Origin: Nanobdellota archaeon
GTDB taxonomy: Archaea > Nanobdellota > Nanobdellia > Pacearchaeales > GW2011-AR1
Direction of reading: 5' to 3'
NCBI GenBank assembly: GCA_030648155.1
Contig: JAUSIK010000013.1
Coordinates: 65,924-129,923 of the forward strand
DNA length: 64,000 nt
Under the pieces are notes generated by a model that saw only the letters and a program-made list of their open reading frames with translations, was not told the origin of the DNA and searched no databases. The translations under genes and the position numbers were made by a program. Shown piece after piece: positions 1 to 10,225 of the stretch (the first letter of the stretch is position 1; every line of letters begins with the position of its first letter).

Positions 1-511
1 TTTTAGAGGCTGAATTTTTAATTGCTGGTTTGAAAACCTCTCTTGGATGAATTAATGAGGCATCAAGAATTCCCTTACTAACTAATTGTTCTCCGATTAT
101 ATTATTTTTTGTGTCTAGCATGAGAATAAAGACATGCTCTTCTTTTTTGTCCTTTAATCTTTCATGGAAATAATCAAAAACATCCTTTGCACAGGATATT
201 TTTCTTCGATTTTTATTATTTGTTTGCTTTAATTGATTGTATCTTTTACCTAGCTCGGTCATTGCTAGGATCTGCATTGCTTTACTTGGCCCGATTCCCT
301 TTATTTTCTGAAGTTCTTTTAATGAACATTCAAAAAGTTTGTCCAGTTTATACTCACTTATTAATCTATTGGACATGTCCACAACATTTTCTCCAGGGGT
401 GCCAGTTCTTAGGATTATAGCCAACAATTCTGCATCGCTTAATGTTTCTGAACCGTATTTTAAGAATCGTTCTCTAGGCCGTCCATTCTCTGGAATGTCT
501 TTTATTTTCAT
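1..511 (-). CDS. radC: RadC/UPF0758 JAB-domain protein (3' end runs off window)
   Basis: Manual translation: MKIKDIPENGRPRERFLKYGSETLSDAELLAIILRTG...KGIGPSKA...SLIHPREVFKPAIKNSA; frame open to window edge, absent from ORF track. Confidence 0.9.
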   Translation of the reverse strand, partial: MKIKDIPENGRPRERFLKYGSETLSDAELLAIILRTGTPGENVVDMSNRLISEYKLDKLFECSLKELQKIKGIGPSKAMQILAMTELGKRYNQLKQTNNKNRRKISCAKDVFDYFHERLKDKKEEHVFILMLDTKNNIIGEQLVSKGILDASLIHPREVFKPAIKNSASK

Positions 512-653
512 AATTACTATAAAATATCATTTATTAAAAAACTATTTAATCTAATCTAATAACGTATCTTTGAACTAGATGTTCTAAAATGCTGTTAATT
601 TTATATATTAGGTGTAAATCATTTACAGTAAAAAACATTTAAGGAGATTATAA

Positions 654-729
654 CGGGCCTACTAGGATTTGAACCTAGGACCTCATCCTCCGCAAGGATG
701 CGTTCTGATCCAGACTGAACTATAGGCCC
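654..729 (-). tRNA. tRNA-Arg(GCG)
   Basis: Cloverleaf on minus strand; anticodon arm CATCC-TTGCGGA-GGATG; T-loop TTCAAAT. Confidence 0.92.
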
Positions 730-765
730 TATAAAGTTAAAAGAAAAGAGTTTATAAGTTAATTG

Positions 766-1335
766 TTAGAAATGTTTATCTATGTCTTTTTTATATGAAT
801 GAATTTCTTCATCTTTAAACCAGACTTTTATCTCTTTATTTGCATTTTCTAAAGTGTCTGATGCATGAATAAGATTTCTTAAAACGCGTTTTTTATTATC
901 TGCCAATGAGTAGGACTCAATTGAAGCATAATCTCCGCGAATTGTTCCTGGAATAGCTTGTCTAGGTTCTGTTGCGCCCACCATTTTTCTTACTAACTCT
1001 ATAGAATGAGGACCTTCAATAACTAAGGCTACAATAGGGCCTTCTTTAAGGAAGGTGGTAAGCCAGCTTTGGATGGTTTTTCCTAGATCAATATGATCTT
1101 TATATTCCATCTTTTTATTTTCTTTATCATAGGCTTTCTTTGTTTTTTCAAATACATTTTTAGCCCATTCTTCATCGAGAGGATAGTGATTCAGAGCTTG
1201 TTTTTCATCACACCAAACCATTTTCATGGCTACTATTTTTAGGCCTGAATCTTCAAAACGAGAGATTATTTTTCCTGCTAGGCTTCTTTGTACTGCGTCG
1301 GGTTTCAATAATACTAAAGTTCTTTCCATTACCAT
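766..1335 (-). CDS. ndk: Nucleoside diphosphate kinase
   Basis: ERTLVLLKPDAV, PGTIRGD, NLIHASD motifs. Confidence 0.95.
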   Translation of the reverse strand: MVMERTLVLLKPDAVQRSLAGKIISRFEDSGLKIVAMKMVWCDEKQALNHYPLDEEWAKNVFEKTKKAYDKENKKMEYKDHIDLGKTIQSWLTTFLKEGPIVALVIEGPHSIELVRKMVGATEPRQAIPGTIRGDYASIESYSLADNKKRVLRNLIHASDTLENANKEIKVWFKDEEIHSYKKDIDKHF

Positions 1336-1561
1336 GGGAAAGTTTGGATTAGAGGGGTTTTAAAGATTTTGGTATTTGCAGTTTTGTTTATTAAGTAATA
1401 ATTGATGAATAAGACTAGTCTAAAAAATAGAAGAGGGTTCATCATTCCCTCAAAAGAAAAGGATGGACAATTATTGGGGGTTCAACTCTTTGCCATTCCA
1501 CCAGCTAATTTTGATTGTTTTAAAGATCAAAATTAAGCAATAAAATAAAGACTAATGAATA

Positions 1562-1744
1562 TTAATACTTTTTTCTCAAGGTTTCCATAATTGAGAGGGC
1601 CATTGCAGAACTTATTATTCCTATCCCACTGAAAAACAGAGTATCATTAGGGTATAAAGTTCTTCCAATTAGAGTTAAGAGCAAGCCAAGTACAAATATA
1701 GTAAGAATGAATATTTCTTTAATCTTTTGTTTATTTGATTTCAT
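1562..1744 (-). CDS. Small two-TM membrane protein
   Basis: 60-aa ORF with two hydrophobic stretches. Confidence 0.5.
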   Translation of the reverse strand: MKSNKQKIKEIFILTIFVLGLLLTLIGRTLYPNDTLFFSGIGIISSAMALSIMETLRKKY

Positions 1745-1911
1745 AGTTATGATTATATGATGTGTCCTTTAAATTTATTTTGACTTGCTATGTTTTTTGA
1801 TTAATAGAGTAGACAACTCATTTTTAATAAACTTAGCAATAGTATAATTATTTAGATTTGCCCTTATCAATATTTGTCATAAATATTTTAACTATTTAGG
1901 AAAAAAGTAAA

Positions 1912-3393
1912 TTATTTTTTATAATAATTTTGATCTATTTTAATTAAACTGCAGTCTATATTGGAAGATTGCCAGAGATCTATTGATTGATGATAAGTAG
2001 TTTTTATATCAGTACAATGCCAGGAATAAAAAATTCTTGAAGGGTATTTTTGCATGAGGAGGATATTGTTTTCTGCATAACTATTAACGTATAAAACTGA
2101 ATTGTTAAAGTGGACATCATTTCTTGCTAAGTCTTTTGCTGGCATTTTTCCAGAACAAAGACCGCAATCTAGAAAAATTATGGCGTTTGAGATATTGTTA
2201 TTTTCAATATAATTGTAGATATAAGTCCTTTCATTTATTTCAGAAGATATTATATTAGAAAAAATTATTAAAAATAAAATGTTTAGGATAACAATTAGAG
2301 AAAAGACTAATTTTCTGTATTTTAGATTATTTATAGATAGGGATATTAAAGGAAAAAATGCGAATGAGGAGGAAAATAAATATCTTGGACCGTATTGATT
2401 TCCTGCTTCTTTTGCATAGAAAAAATAGACTAAAATAAATAATAGTATTATGGCAAGGAATAAATATATTCTAGAGTCATTTTTATTTCTTTTAAGGGAG
2501 AGAGGTATTAGGATTATTGAAAGAGGCACCCAAATTGAAAGTTGAATAAGTCTTAATAAGATATTGTTTTCAATAGCCCAGGAGAATGAATGGGTGTAGC
2601 CATTATTGAAGCCAAATGTATCTAGAGGGTTGTAGATAGAAAAAGGCATAATAAATGGACTGGAGGTTTGAAGGTAATTATAGGTTAGAAATAGAATGAA
2701 TGGGGCCGAGAATCCTATTAATGCTAATGAGATATTTTTCATTTTTTCTTTATTAGATGTGAATAAATAATGGATTAGAAGTGGAATGGAAAGTATTATG
2801 GCATCTAATGGGCGGATGTTTAGAAGTATGCCTATTGATAGGCCTATTATGATGGGATGAAGTTTGTTTGGATGATTTATATTTTTTAAATAAAAATATA
2901 CTGAAAGGGCTGAAAAAAATAATGCTGAAGGATGTGAAAAATAGGAGGCTGAATTAAATATTAGATAGGGGCTTGTTGAGGCAATAATCAAGGATGTCCT
3001 GGCTGTTTTTTCTGTAGATATTTGTTTTGTTATTAAATAGATCAAAATTAAAGTTAGTAGGAAAAAAATAAGATTGATTAAAAAAGGAAAATTAATAAGA
3101 ATTCCAATGGAGAGAAATAAAGGCCAGCCTAGAGGGTACTTACTGTAAAATTTTCCATCATTAATAATGTGAAAAAAATCGAAGAATTCTTTTTGTTCAG
3201 GAGAGGGGACTGATATTTTTCCTTCTGAAAGGGTTTTAGCAGATATTAAATAGGAGTATTCATCTGCAGAATTTGGGAAATCTTTAAGAGTCGATTGGTT
3301 AGTATAAATGGCTAGAACCAAAGAAAAAGTTAGAATACTAACTATAAATATTAAATTCCTCTTTTCTTTCATAAATAGTATTAATTTAAACAT
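1912..3393 (-). CDS. GT-C fold membrane glycosyltransferase (ArnT/PMT_2-like)
   Basis: DE motif after TM1 (ADEYSY), many TM helices, RP and PRY motifs. Confidence 0.75.
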   Translation of the reverse strand: MFKLILFMKEKRNLIFIVSILTFSLVLAIYTNQSTLKDFPNSADEYSYLISAKTLSEGKISVPSPEQKEFFDFFHIINDGKFYSKYPLGWPLFLSIGILINFPFLINLIFFLLTLILIYLITKQISTEKTARTSLIIASTSPYLIFNSASYFSHPSALFFSALSVYFYLKNINHPNKLHPIIIGLSIGILLNIRPLDAIILSIPLLIHYLFTSNKEKMKNISLALIGFSAPFILFLTYNYLQTSSPFIMPFSIYNPLDTFGFNNGYTHSFSWAIENNILLRLIQLSIWVPLSIILIPLSLKRNKNDSRIYLFLAIILLFILVYFFYAKEAGNQYGPRYLFSSSFAFFPLISLSINNLKYRKLVFSLIVILNILFLIIFSNIISSEINERTYIYNYIENNNISNAIIFLDCGLCSGKMPAKDLARNDVHFNNSVLYVNSYAENNILLMQKYPSRIFYSWHCTDIKTTYHQSIDLWQSSNIDCSLIKIDQNYYKK

Positions 3394-3426
3394 TATATAA
3401 ATATTTAAAAATTACAGATTTGTATA

Positions 3427-3702
3427 TTGAGGATGCGAGATGTTTATTATTCTGCTTTGTTCAAAGTGAGGGGATTAATTGGAAATGTTAATAATGAAGA
3501 AAGGATTATAGATAATATTTTAAATTATTTAGAGAAAGATGCAGTTAGTGGAAAAGAAGAAAGAAATAATGAATTTAGAGAAGATTTAAGCAATGCTCTT
3601 AAAGGTTACAATGGGCCTTTTTATGATTGGTTTAAGAATAGGGAAAGAAGAGTTGAGGGTAGAGGTGAGATTTTTTTAGATATAATAGGTTATAGGGAAT
3701 AG
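3427..3702 (+). CDS. Hypothetical protein
   Basis: ORF preceded by TATA-like box, upstream of udg. Confidence 0.5.
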   Translation: MRMRDVYYSALFKVRGLIGNVNNEERIIDNILNYLEKDAVSGKEERNNEFREDLSNALKGYNGPFYDWFKNRERRVEGRGEIFLDIIGYRE

Positions 3703-3721
3703 TTTTTATTTGAGGTGGAAA

Positions 3722-4315
3722 ATGAGTGAAAAGGAGAAATTATTAGAAGAGATAAAAAAAGAGACTCTCCAGGCGGATTTGCCTTTGAAAGAGGGAGCGA
3801 CTAATCTTGTATTTGGAAAAGGAAAGGGTGATGTTGAAATTTTATTTATTGGAGAAGCGCCCGGAAGGAACGAGGATTTGCAGGGGGTGCCTTTTGTTGG
3901 TGCTGCTGGAAAGAATTTAGATAAATTACTTCATGAAGTTGGATTGAGTTTGGATGATGTTTACATTGCTAATATATTGAAGTATAGGCCTCCGGAAAAT
4001 AGGGGCCCATTACCTTCTGAAATTAAAGCACATACGCCCTATTTACTCAAGCAAATTAAAGCAATAAGGCCTAAAGTTATTTGTTCATTAGGAAATTATG
4101 CTACTAAGTTTTTCTTGGCTGGAACAGATGTTGATAAAATGAATGAACAGGAAGGAATTACTAAAATACATGGAAAACCAAGGGAGATTGAACTTGATGG
4201 AATGAAACTAAAATTAATTCCTTTGTTTCATCCTGCAGCGATAATTTATAATAGAAGTTTAATTGCGGAATGGGAAAAAGATTTAGAGATTGTTAAGAAA
4301 GAAATTGGGAAGTGA
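3722..4315 (+). CDS. udg: Uracil-DNA glycosylase family 4
   Basis: GEAPGxxED, PFVGAAG, RPPENR, HPAA motifs; Fe-S cysteines absent; ATG at 3722 preferred. Confidence 0.92.
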   Translation: MSEKEKLLEEIKKETLQADLPLKEGATNLVFGKGKGDVEILFIGEAPGRNEDLQGVPFVGAAGKNLDKLLHEVGLSLDDVYIANILKYRPPENRGPLPSEIKAHTPYLLKQIKAIRPKVICSLGNYATKFFLAGTDVDKMNEQEGITKIHGKPREIELDGMKLKLIPLFHPAAIIYNRSLIAEWEKDLEIVKKEIGK

Positions 4316-4320
4316 ATTTA

Positions 4321-4836
4321 CTATACTCCCAATATTTCTTCGCATTTATTTATAAAACTGTAAGCATCTTTCTTGATTTTCTCTGCAATTTCTTTTGATG
4401 TTTGTTTTGTTACACTATATTGTGCAATTTCTCTTTTATTTTTTGCATCAGCTAATTTTTCTAATTCTTCTTTTTGAAAATGTGCATTTTTTATTAACAT
4501 TAAATCTTTTTGATTTAATTGCTTCTTTTTAACAAAATATTCTTCCAGAATCATAAGGGTAGCGGCGTGATTTTTGCTTCTAAAACCAATACTTGCTATT
4601 AAAGAAAGGGCAGCAGTGTACAAAGCATAATATCCTGTAATAGCTACCCACTCATTGGAATTATAATCAGAAGGTATTTGAAGCAAGATTCTTGCTTTTT
4701 TATTATTTAAGTTGGAAAGAATGCCCATAGTTATAAGATTATTTTTTGCTTTGTCCAAATATTTTTTAGTTAAAGAAATTACAGTTTTGTCTTTTACAAT
4801 TTTGCCTTTCTTCAAATAAAATTCAATTTTTCTCAT
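4321..4836 (-). CDS. HEPN-domain protein
   Basis: GYYALY, KNH and RxxxxY (REIAQY) motifs; overlaps upstream MNT gene. Confidence 0.85.
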   Translation of the reverse strand: MRKIEFYLKKGKIVKDKTVISLTKKYLDKAKNNLITMGILSNLNNKKARILLQIPSDYNSNEWVAITGYYALYTAALSLIASIGFRSKNHAATLMILEEYFVKKKQLNQKDLMLIKNAHFQKEELEKLADAKNKREIAQYSVTKQTSKEIAEKIKKDAYSFINKCEEILGV

Positions 4837-5479
4837 CTTTATACATCCAATAGTAAAATGTATCTTCTCCCTTGAATACTATCCCATACATTTTTAAGTC
4901 ATTCCATAATTCAAGATTATCTTTTTTTATATTCGGAAATTCATCTGGAGATAATATGATTGGAGCAAACTCTAGATTATATTTATATTTGAGTGATTTA
5001 ACAAAATGTTCTATTTCTTTATTTTTAGTTGACACACAAATAATGTCAACATCGCTTTGGTTTGATTCTGTTCCCTTAGAATAGCTCCCGAATAATACGA
5101 CCATCCAAATATGGTGATTATTCATAATCTCTTTTATTGCATTATACACTATTTTATTTTTTTTCATAAAATCTATTTCTCTTTGCAGCATATAATGATC
5201 AAATCCTGTTTCTGAATATAAGTGATCCATGTCTAAAAAATATACAAGAGTTTTTCCTTTTTTATCTTCTTTCACAATTTTTTTATCAGCCATGGATTTT
5301 AAAGTAGAGTTAACCCTCTCATAAGAATAATAATTATCTAATCTTTCAATTATTTCCTTAATAGTCATATCTTTGCCTTCTGGGAAAAATGAACTTATTA
5401 CAGCCCCCTCTAGAAAAGATAATTCCATTTTCCCAAAGGACCCAAAGCCTATTTTCTGTTTTCTTTCTATTTTAGTCAT
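4823..5479 (-). CDS. wHTH + minimal nucleotidyltransferase (MNT antitoxin)
   Basis: LFGSYSKG...SDVDI motif, N-terminal winged helix. Confidence 0.88.
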   Translation of the reverse strand: MTKIERKQKIGFGSFGKMELSFLEGAVISSFFPEGKDMTIKEIIERLDNYYSYERVNSTLKSMADKKIVKEDKKGKTLVYFLDMDHLYSETGFDHYMLQREIDFMKKNKIVYNAIKEIMNNHHIWMVVLFGSYSKGTESNQSDVDIICVSTKNKEIEHFVKSLKYKYNLEFAPIILSPDEFPNIKKDNLELWNDLKMYGIVFKGEDTFYYWMYKDEKN

Positions 5480-5487
5480 TTCATATC

Positions 5488-5523
5488 TATTGAATTTTCA
5501 ATAATATTATTGAATTTTCAGTA
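5488..5523. promoter_or_regulatory. Tandem palindromic operator upstream of MNT-HEPN
   Basis: TATTGAATTTTCAATA and TATTGAATTTTCAGTA 20 bp apart, between TATA-like box and ATG. Confidence 0.6.
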
Positions 5524-5611
5524 TTTAAGTTTTTTGGTTTTGATTGATGGATTGAGAGAGGTTATATTGGAAGATAATAATGTTTATAAGATAATTGGGA
5601 TATAAATTTAA

Positions 5612-6076
5612 ATGTTGGTTAAAAAACCAGTTATTGAAAAGGATTTGAGAAAGACTCTAAATTCAAATATTGACTATAAATTTAGATATAAAGAAGGGGA
5701 TAACTTAGAGAGTGCGATTAAAGAAGTATTAGCCGATAGAGATATATTTACATTTTTTGCATTGTTCTTTAAACCTAGACAAGGTTTGAAATTAGGGAGC
5801 ATGGGTTATCTCGATGATTCTGTCCGAGTTGAACAGCATTACGGGCTAATGCTAGATTTCGAAAACCTTCCAAGAAGGTTAAAATTATTTATGTATGAAA
5901 CAACTAGCCCATCTTATCCAAATCGGGAGATAGAAGTTAATTATGTTTGGGACTTAAATAATGGTGAAAGACAGCTTAATGTTGAGACATTTATTGAACA
6001 AGTGAATGAAACTTTAAGATATCCAAGAAAATATTTAGTTGAACTAAATGAAGGATTTAGGATAGAGTCTTCTTAA
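5612..6076 (+). CDS. Hypothetical protein
   Basis: 154-aa ORF with TTTATAA box ~25 bp upstream. Confidence 0.6.
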   Translation: MLVKKPVIEKDLRKTLNSNIDYKFRYKEGDNLESAIKEVLADRDIFTFFALFFKPRQGLKLGSMGYLDDSVRVEQHYGLMLDFENLPRRLKLFMYETTSPSYPNREIEVNYVWDLNNGERQLNVETFIEQVNETLRYPRKYLVELNEGFRIESS

Positions 6077-6181
6077 TTGAAGGTCAAAAAGGTATAAAAT
6101 TTAATTCGTTGCTTTCTTTGAGAAAAATTCAGTTTTTTATAATCTAAAAGTTTATATAGGTTTTATCGTTAATATATTAAT

Positions 6182-6445
6182 ATGGCAGAAAAGATAGAAA
6201 TCGATATTATTATTTATCCTGAAGGAAAAGGAAAAGATAAAGTTTATAGCATTAGCTCTATGCAAGTCCCTAATGTGGCAACACAAGGGGATTCTATTGA
6301 AGAGGCCAAAAGCCGTTTAAGAGAGGCATTAGAGCTTTATTTTGAGTCTGCTCCCTGGGAACGTGAAAGATTAATGAAGATAGAAGAAGAGGAAGAAAAC
6401 GATAATAATGCTCCGATGATTAGTAGATTAGTTTTAGTATCTTAA
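6182..6445 (+). CDS. hicB: HicB-family antitoxin
   Basis: VPNVATQGDSIEEAKSRLREALELY signature. Confidence 0.85.
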   Translation: MAEKIEIDIIIYPEGKGKDKVYSISSMQVPNVATQGDSIEEAKSRLREALELYFESAPWERERLMKIEEEEENDNNAPMISRLVLVS

Positions 6446-6682
6446 TAGTTCATTCAATTCTTCAATAATTTCTTTAGAGACTCCTACCTCATTACATGCA
6501 GACAGAAGGTTTTGTCTTATAATATTAGTTGGCTTTTTTACATTTACCAGAACAATCGGTCTTCTTAGAGGCGGATTTTTATTTACGATAATATGATCTC
6601 CACGCATTCTTTGAATAAAGAATCCTTCTTTACTTAGAATATTCACCACTTTTTGCACGATGGGTTTAAGCCTGTATTTCAT
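6434..6682 (-). CDS. hicA: HicA-family toxin
   Basis: ILSKEGFFIQRMRGDH matches L..GF...R..GSH of HicA. Confidence 0.75.
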   Translation of the reverse strand: MKYRLKPIVQKVVNILSKEGFFIQRMRGDHIIVNKNPPLRRPIVLVNVKKPTNIIRQNLLSACNEVGVSKEIIEELNELLRY

Positions 6683-6754
6683 TTTTGTTTTTCTCTTTTT
6701 ATTATCAATTACTTGTCTTTTTAGAAACTATATCTTTATATTTCTTTTTGTGAC

Positions 6755-7849
6755 TTATTTTGATAAATTAGAATATTTAGTAGGATTTGTTCTTAAATTA
6801 TCTTCTGAAGTTTCCCAGCCAGCTAAGTTTTCTGAGGAATTTATTTTATCACCAAAGTAACTGGCTAGACGATAATATTTTTCAGGAGTTACTAGTTTTA
6901 GAGGAAGTTGATATTGTTCTACAAATAATTCTAATTTTTCTGCTTTATTCTTATCCTCTTTATTAGTTCTTATTTCATAAGCGTGAATTCTACCTCTTTT
7001 ATTTTTTACAATAAAATCTATTTGCAAGGAAGTTTTATCTGAATTGAAAATCGCCCTATACTTTTCAGGTACATCAAGATCAAATCTTTGATGAGGAAGG
7101 TATTCTCTACCCAGATAATGAAATATTCTAGCAATATTGGCCTCCCACATTGATTGAGTTTCTAATTGAATATCTCCCCTATAACCCTGGAATGTAGGCA
7201 ATCTATATCTAGAAAGATTATTTGGATTCAGACGTGCATCTCTTGTAGCTTCAGCTTGTCTCTTCCTAAATTCTTCATTTTCCCATAATTCTTTTGTACG
7301 TTCAGAATGTTTCCTTCTAAATTCTTCATCCTTCCATCTATCATTTAACATTTCTCTTAAACCTTCAGAATGTCTCTTCCTAAATTCTTCATCCTTCCAA
7401 TTTTTCTTTACTGCTTCAGCATTTCTCTTCCTAAATTCTTCATTTTCCCATAATTCTTTTGTACGTTCAGAATGTTTCCTTCTAAATTCTTCATCCTTCC
7501 ATCTATCATTTAACATTTCTCTTAAACCTTCAGCATTTCTCTTCCTAAACTCTTCATCCTTCCAATTCTCCCTTGTAGCCTCAGCATTTGTTTTGTTTGG
7601 AAGATTATATTGACGGAAAATTTTAGTTAAAGTAGGATGAGATGTTTTAGCCTCATTTGCGAGTAAGTTAATACTTTTATTACTATCTTGATGATAAAGA
7701 AATAGATTATCTACAATTGAGAGGGAAGGATCACCATACTTTCCATGCCATTCAGACAGGTTTTCTAAAGTTTTATCTGAAAAATTATCTTCGAGAGAGC
7801 TATCGCTATTCAAGAGGTATTCTATAAGGTTTTCTTTCTTAATAATCAT
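6755..7849 (-). CDS. HTH + WxxEEFR repeat + PD-(D/E)xK-like nuclease-domain protein
   Basis: Six W[KE][DN]EEFR repeats; C-terminal SMWEANIARI...IDF...YEIR. Confidence 0.6.
   Translation of the reverse strand: MIIKKENLIEYLLNSDSSLEDNFSDKTLENLSEWHGKYGDPSLSIVDNLFLYHQDSNKSINLLANEAKTSHPTLTKIFRQYNLPNKTNAEATRENWKDEEFRKRNAEGLREMLNDRWKDEEFRRKHSERTKELWENEEFRKRNAEAVKKNWKDEEFRKRHSEGLREMLNDRWKDEEFRRKHSERTKELWENEEFRKRQAEATRDARLNPNNLSRYRLPTFQGYRGDIQLETQSMWEANIARIFHYLGREYLPHQRFDLDVPEKYRAIFNSDKTSLQIDFIVKNKRGRIHAYEIRTNKEDKNKAEKLELFVEQYQLPLKLVTPEKYYRLASYFGDKINSSENLAGWETSEDNLRTNPTKYSNLSK
7261..7565. repeat. Intragenic tandem repeat, 165-bp period
   Basis: TCTTCCTAAATTCTTCATTTTCCCATAATTC... recurs at 7261 and 7426; sub-units of 51-63 bp. 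Confidence 0.9.
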
Positions 7850-7972
7850 AAAGATGTTAAAAATAAGGGTTATTTAAAACTTTCTAATTTGATACTATTA
7901 TTTAGTGATAATTTAATGGCACTTTTTTGCCTTCCTAAAAAGATATAAAAACGAAGATTTTTATTGGCTTGT

Positions 7973-9748
7973 ATGGGATTGTTATGGAAGAATTTAAAGA
8001 AGTATAAGGGATTGCTTGTTTTAGCTTTAGTTTTGGCTACAATCAATCAGGTTTTTTCTTTGCTTGATCCTCAAATATTTAGATTAATTATAGACAATTA
8101 TGCCAGCAAAATTGGAGAGTTAGAAAGAGAGGAGTTTTTCAAGGGAATAGGGCTCTTACTTTTGGCATCAATAAGTGTGGCATTGATTTCTAGAATTGCC
8201 AAGAATTTTCAGGATTATACTGTGAGTTATATGACTCAAAAAATGGGTACACGAATGTATTCTCAAAGTGTGAATCATACTTTTTCTTTGCCTTATGAGG
8301 TTTTTGAAGATCAAAGATCTGGAGATTTACTGCAAAGACTGCAAAAGGCAAGAACTGACACACAAACATGGATTGCTAGTTTTATTAATGTTATTTATTT
8401 GTCTATAGTCGGCATTTTATTTGTCGTAATCTATGCTTTCAGTGTTCACTGGATGGTTGGGGCTACTTACTTCTTAATTGTTCCAATTTTGGGTGTATTG
8501 ACTTTTGTTTTGAGCAAGAGAATTAAAGAAGCTCAAAAGAAAATTGTTGCTGAAAGTGCTGCATTAGCTGGATCTACAACTGAAACTTTAAGAAATGTTG
8601 AACTTGTTAAAAGTTTGGGATTGGAAAGTCAGGAAATTGGAAGATTAAATGAAGTTAATGAAAAAATACTTAATCTTGAATTAAAGAAAATAGTTATAAT
8701 TAGAAAGATAAGTTTTATTCAAGGAACAATAATAAATTTGATGAGGGTCTGCTTGCTATTATTAATGCTTTGGCTTGTTTACACCAGGGGGATTACTTTA
8801 GGTGAATTCTTTAGTTTGTATATTTATTCATTCTTTATATTTTCACCGCTTGGTGAACTTGGAACTATTGCTGCTCATTATCAGGAAGCTAAAGCGAGCA
8901 ATGAAAAATTACAAGAGGTATTAAAGATGTCGCCACAGGAGAAACCTGTTTCTCCTAAAACTATTGAGAGTTTAAAATCTATAGAATTTAAGAATGTCGA
9001 GTTTACTTATAAAAGCGGAAGTAAACCTTCAGTTAGAAATTTAGGATTAAATTTGAAGGGTGGAGAAACTATAGCATTTATTGGACCTTCTGGAAGTGGA
9101 AAGACTACATTAATTAAACTTTTAGTAGGGTTGTATAGTCCGACAAAAGGGAAAATAAGTATAAATGGGAAAGATTCTAAAGAAATTGATTATGATGATT
9201 TAAGAAGGCGTGTAGGATTGGTTTCACAAGAGACTCAATTATTTGCAGGAACTTTAAGGGAAAATTTGCTTTTCGTAAATCCTAATGCGACGGATGAAGA
9301 GTGCATGCAAGTTTTGAAACTCGCTTCTATTACTGCATTACTTGAAAGAGGAGGAAATGGACTAGATACTAAAATTGGGGAGGGAGGGATTAAAATTTCA
9401 GGCGGGGAAAGACAGAGACTCGCAATTGCCAGGGCATTATTAAGAAATCCTGACTTGATTATTTTTGATGAGGCTACAAGTAGTTTAGATTCTATAACTG
9501 AAAAGGAAATCACAAAAACAATACAGAATATCATTAAGGCAAGGCCTAATTTGATGGTTGTATTAATCGCACATAGATTGTCCACAGTTATTCACGCAGA
9601 TGTAATTTATGTTTTAGAGAGAGGGAAAATTATTGAGAAAGGCACGCATAATGGCCTACTTAAGAAGAAAGGGCTGTATTATGCTTTGTGGAGACAACAA
9701 AGTGCGGTGGATAATGGGAAGGATAGTTTAAATGGGAAGAAAGTATAA
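7973..9748 (+). CDS. ABC exporter, fused permease/ATPase (MsbA-like)
   Basis: TM domain; GPSGSGKT, ISGGERQR, IFDEATS, AHRLST. Confidence 0.93.
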   Translation: MGLLWKNLKKYKGLLVLALVLATINQVFSLLDPQIFRLIIDNYASKIGELEREEFFKGIGLLLLASISVALISRIAKNFQDYTVSYMTQKMGTRMYSQSVNHTFSLPYEVFEDQRSGDLLQRLQKARTDTQTWIASFINVIYLSIVGILFVVIYAFSVHWMVGATYFLIVPILGVLTFVLSKRIKEAQKKIVAESAALAGSTTETLRNVELVKSLGLESQEIGRLNEVNEKILNLELKKIVIIRKISFIQGTIINLMRVCLLLLMLWLVYTRGITLGEFFSLYIYSFFIFSPLGELGTIAAHYQEAKASNEKLQEVLKMSPQEKPVSPKTIESLKSIEFKNVEFTYKSGSKPSVRNLGLNLKGGETIAFIGPSGSGKTTLIKLLVGLYSPTKGKISINGKDSKEIDYDDLRRRVGLVSQETQLFAGTLRENLLFVNPNATDEECMQVLKLASITALLERGGNGLDTKIGEGGIKISGGERQRLAIARALLRNPDLIIFDEATSSLDSITEKEITKTIQNIIKARPNLMVVLIAHRLSTVIHADVIYVLERGKIIEKGTHNGLLKKKGLYYALWRQQSAVDNGKDSLNGKKV

Positions 9749-10225
9749 TTATTGTTTTTTTGTAAAATCAATTCTTTTTATGCCCTTTATTTTATCGAAA
9801 TCAGGATCTGAACTTATTATGGTTTTGATATCTTTTTGTTTCATGGATGCGAGATGAAATGCGTCTCTTGGTTTTAGATTCGTTTCTTTGTAAACTTCAA
9901 TCATTTTTATTATGGTTTGCATATTTGTAGAAATTATCTCTAAATTTTCTAATTTTAAGAATAGTTCTGCTGCCTCAACAGCGGTTTCGCGATTATTATA
10001 TTTGTTAATTTGATAAATAAATTCATCGAAAGTTAATGATGTAGTGTAAGCTTTATAATGGCCTTTTTTCACTTTTTCTATAATTGCTCTTGCATTTTTC
10101 CCTATTTCTTCTGTGTCTATAGAAGCGTAAATGAATAGGTTTGCATCGAGATAAACTTCATCAAACTTTAATTCCTGCTCTTTTTGCCCTTTCATCATAC
10201 TGTTCATAGATTGCATGGGGATCAA
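9749..10225 (-). CDS. vapC: VapC PIN-domain toxin
   Basis: YLDANLF, FDE, PRDAFH, SSDPDF; start codon uncertain. Confidence 0.9.
   Translation of the reverse strand: MIPMQSMNSMMKGQKEQELKFDEVYLDANLFIYASIDTEEIGKNARAIIEKVKKGHYKAYTTSLTFDEFIYQINKYNNRETAVEAAELFLKLENLEIISTNMQTIIKMIEVYKETNLKPRDAFHLASMKQKDIKTIISSDPDFDKIKGIKRIDFTKKQ

Noticed and set aside
187-554. Two plus-strand ORFs
   Set aside because: Shadows of radC; the same applies to the many antisense ORFs inside srp54, ftsY, lig, tbp, nreA and the giant gene.
560-653. Search for 3'-end duplication behind tRNA-Arg (and tRNA-Val at 34718)
   Set aside because: No duplicate or element seen at either tRNA.
7261-7565. Possible CRISPR array
   Set aside because: Repeats are in-frame coding units with no unique spacers and no cas genes nearby.
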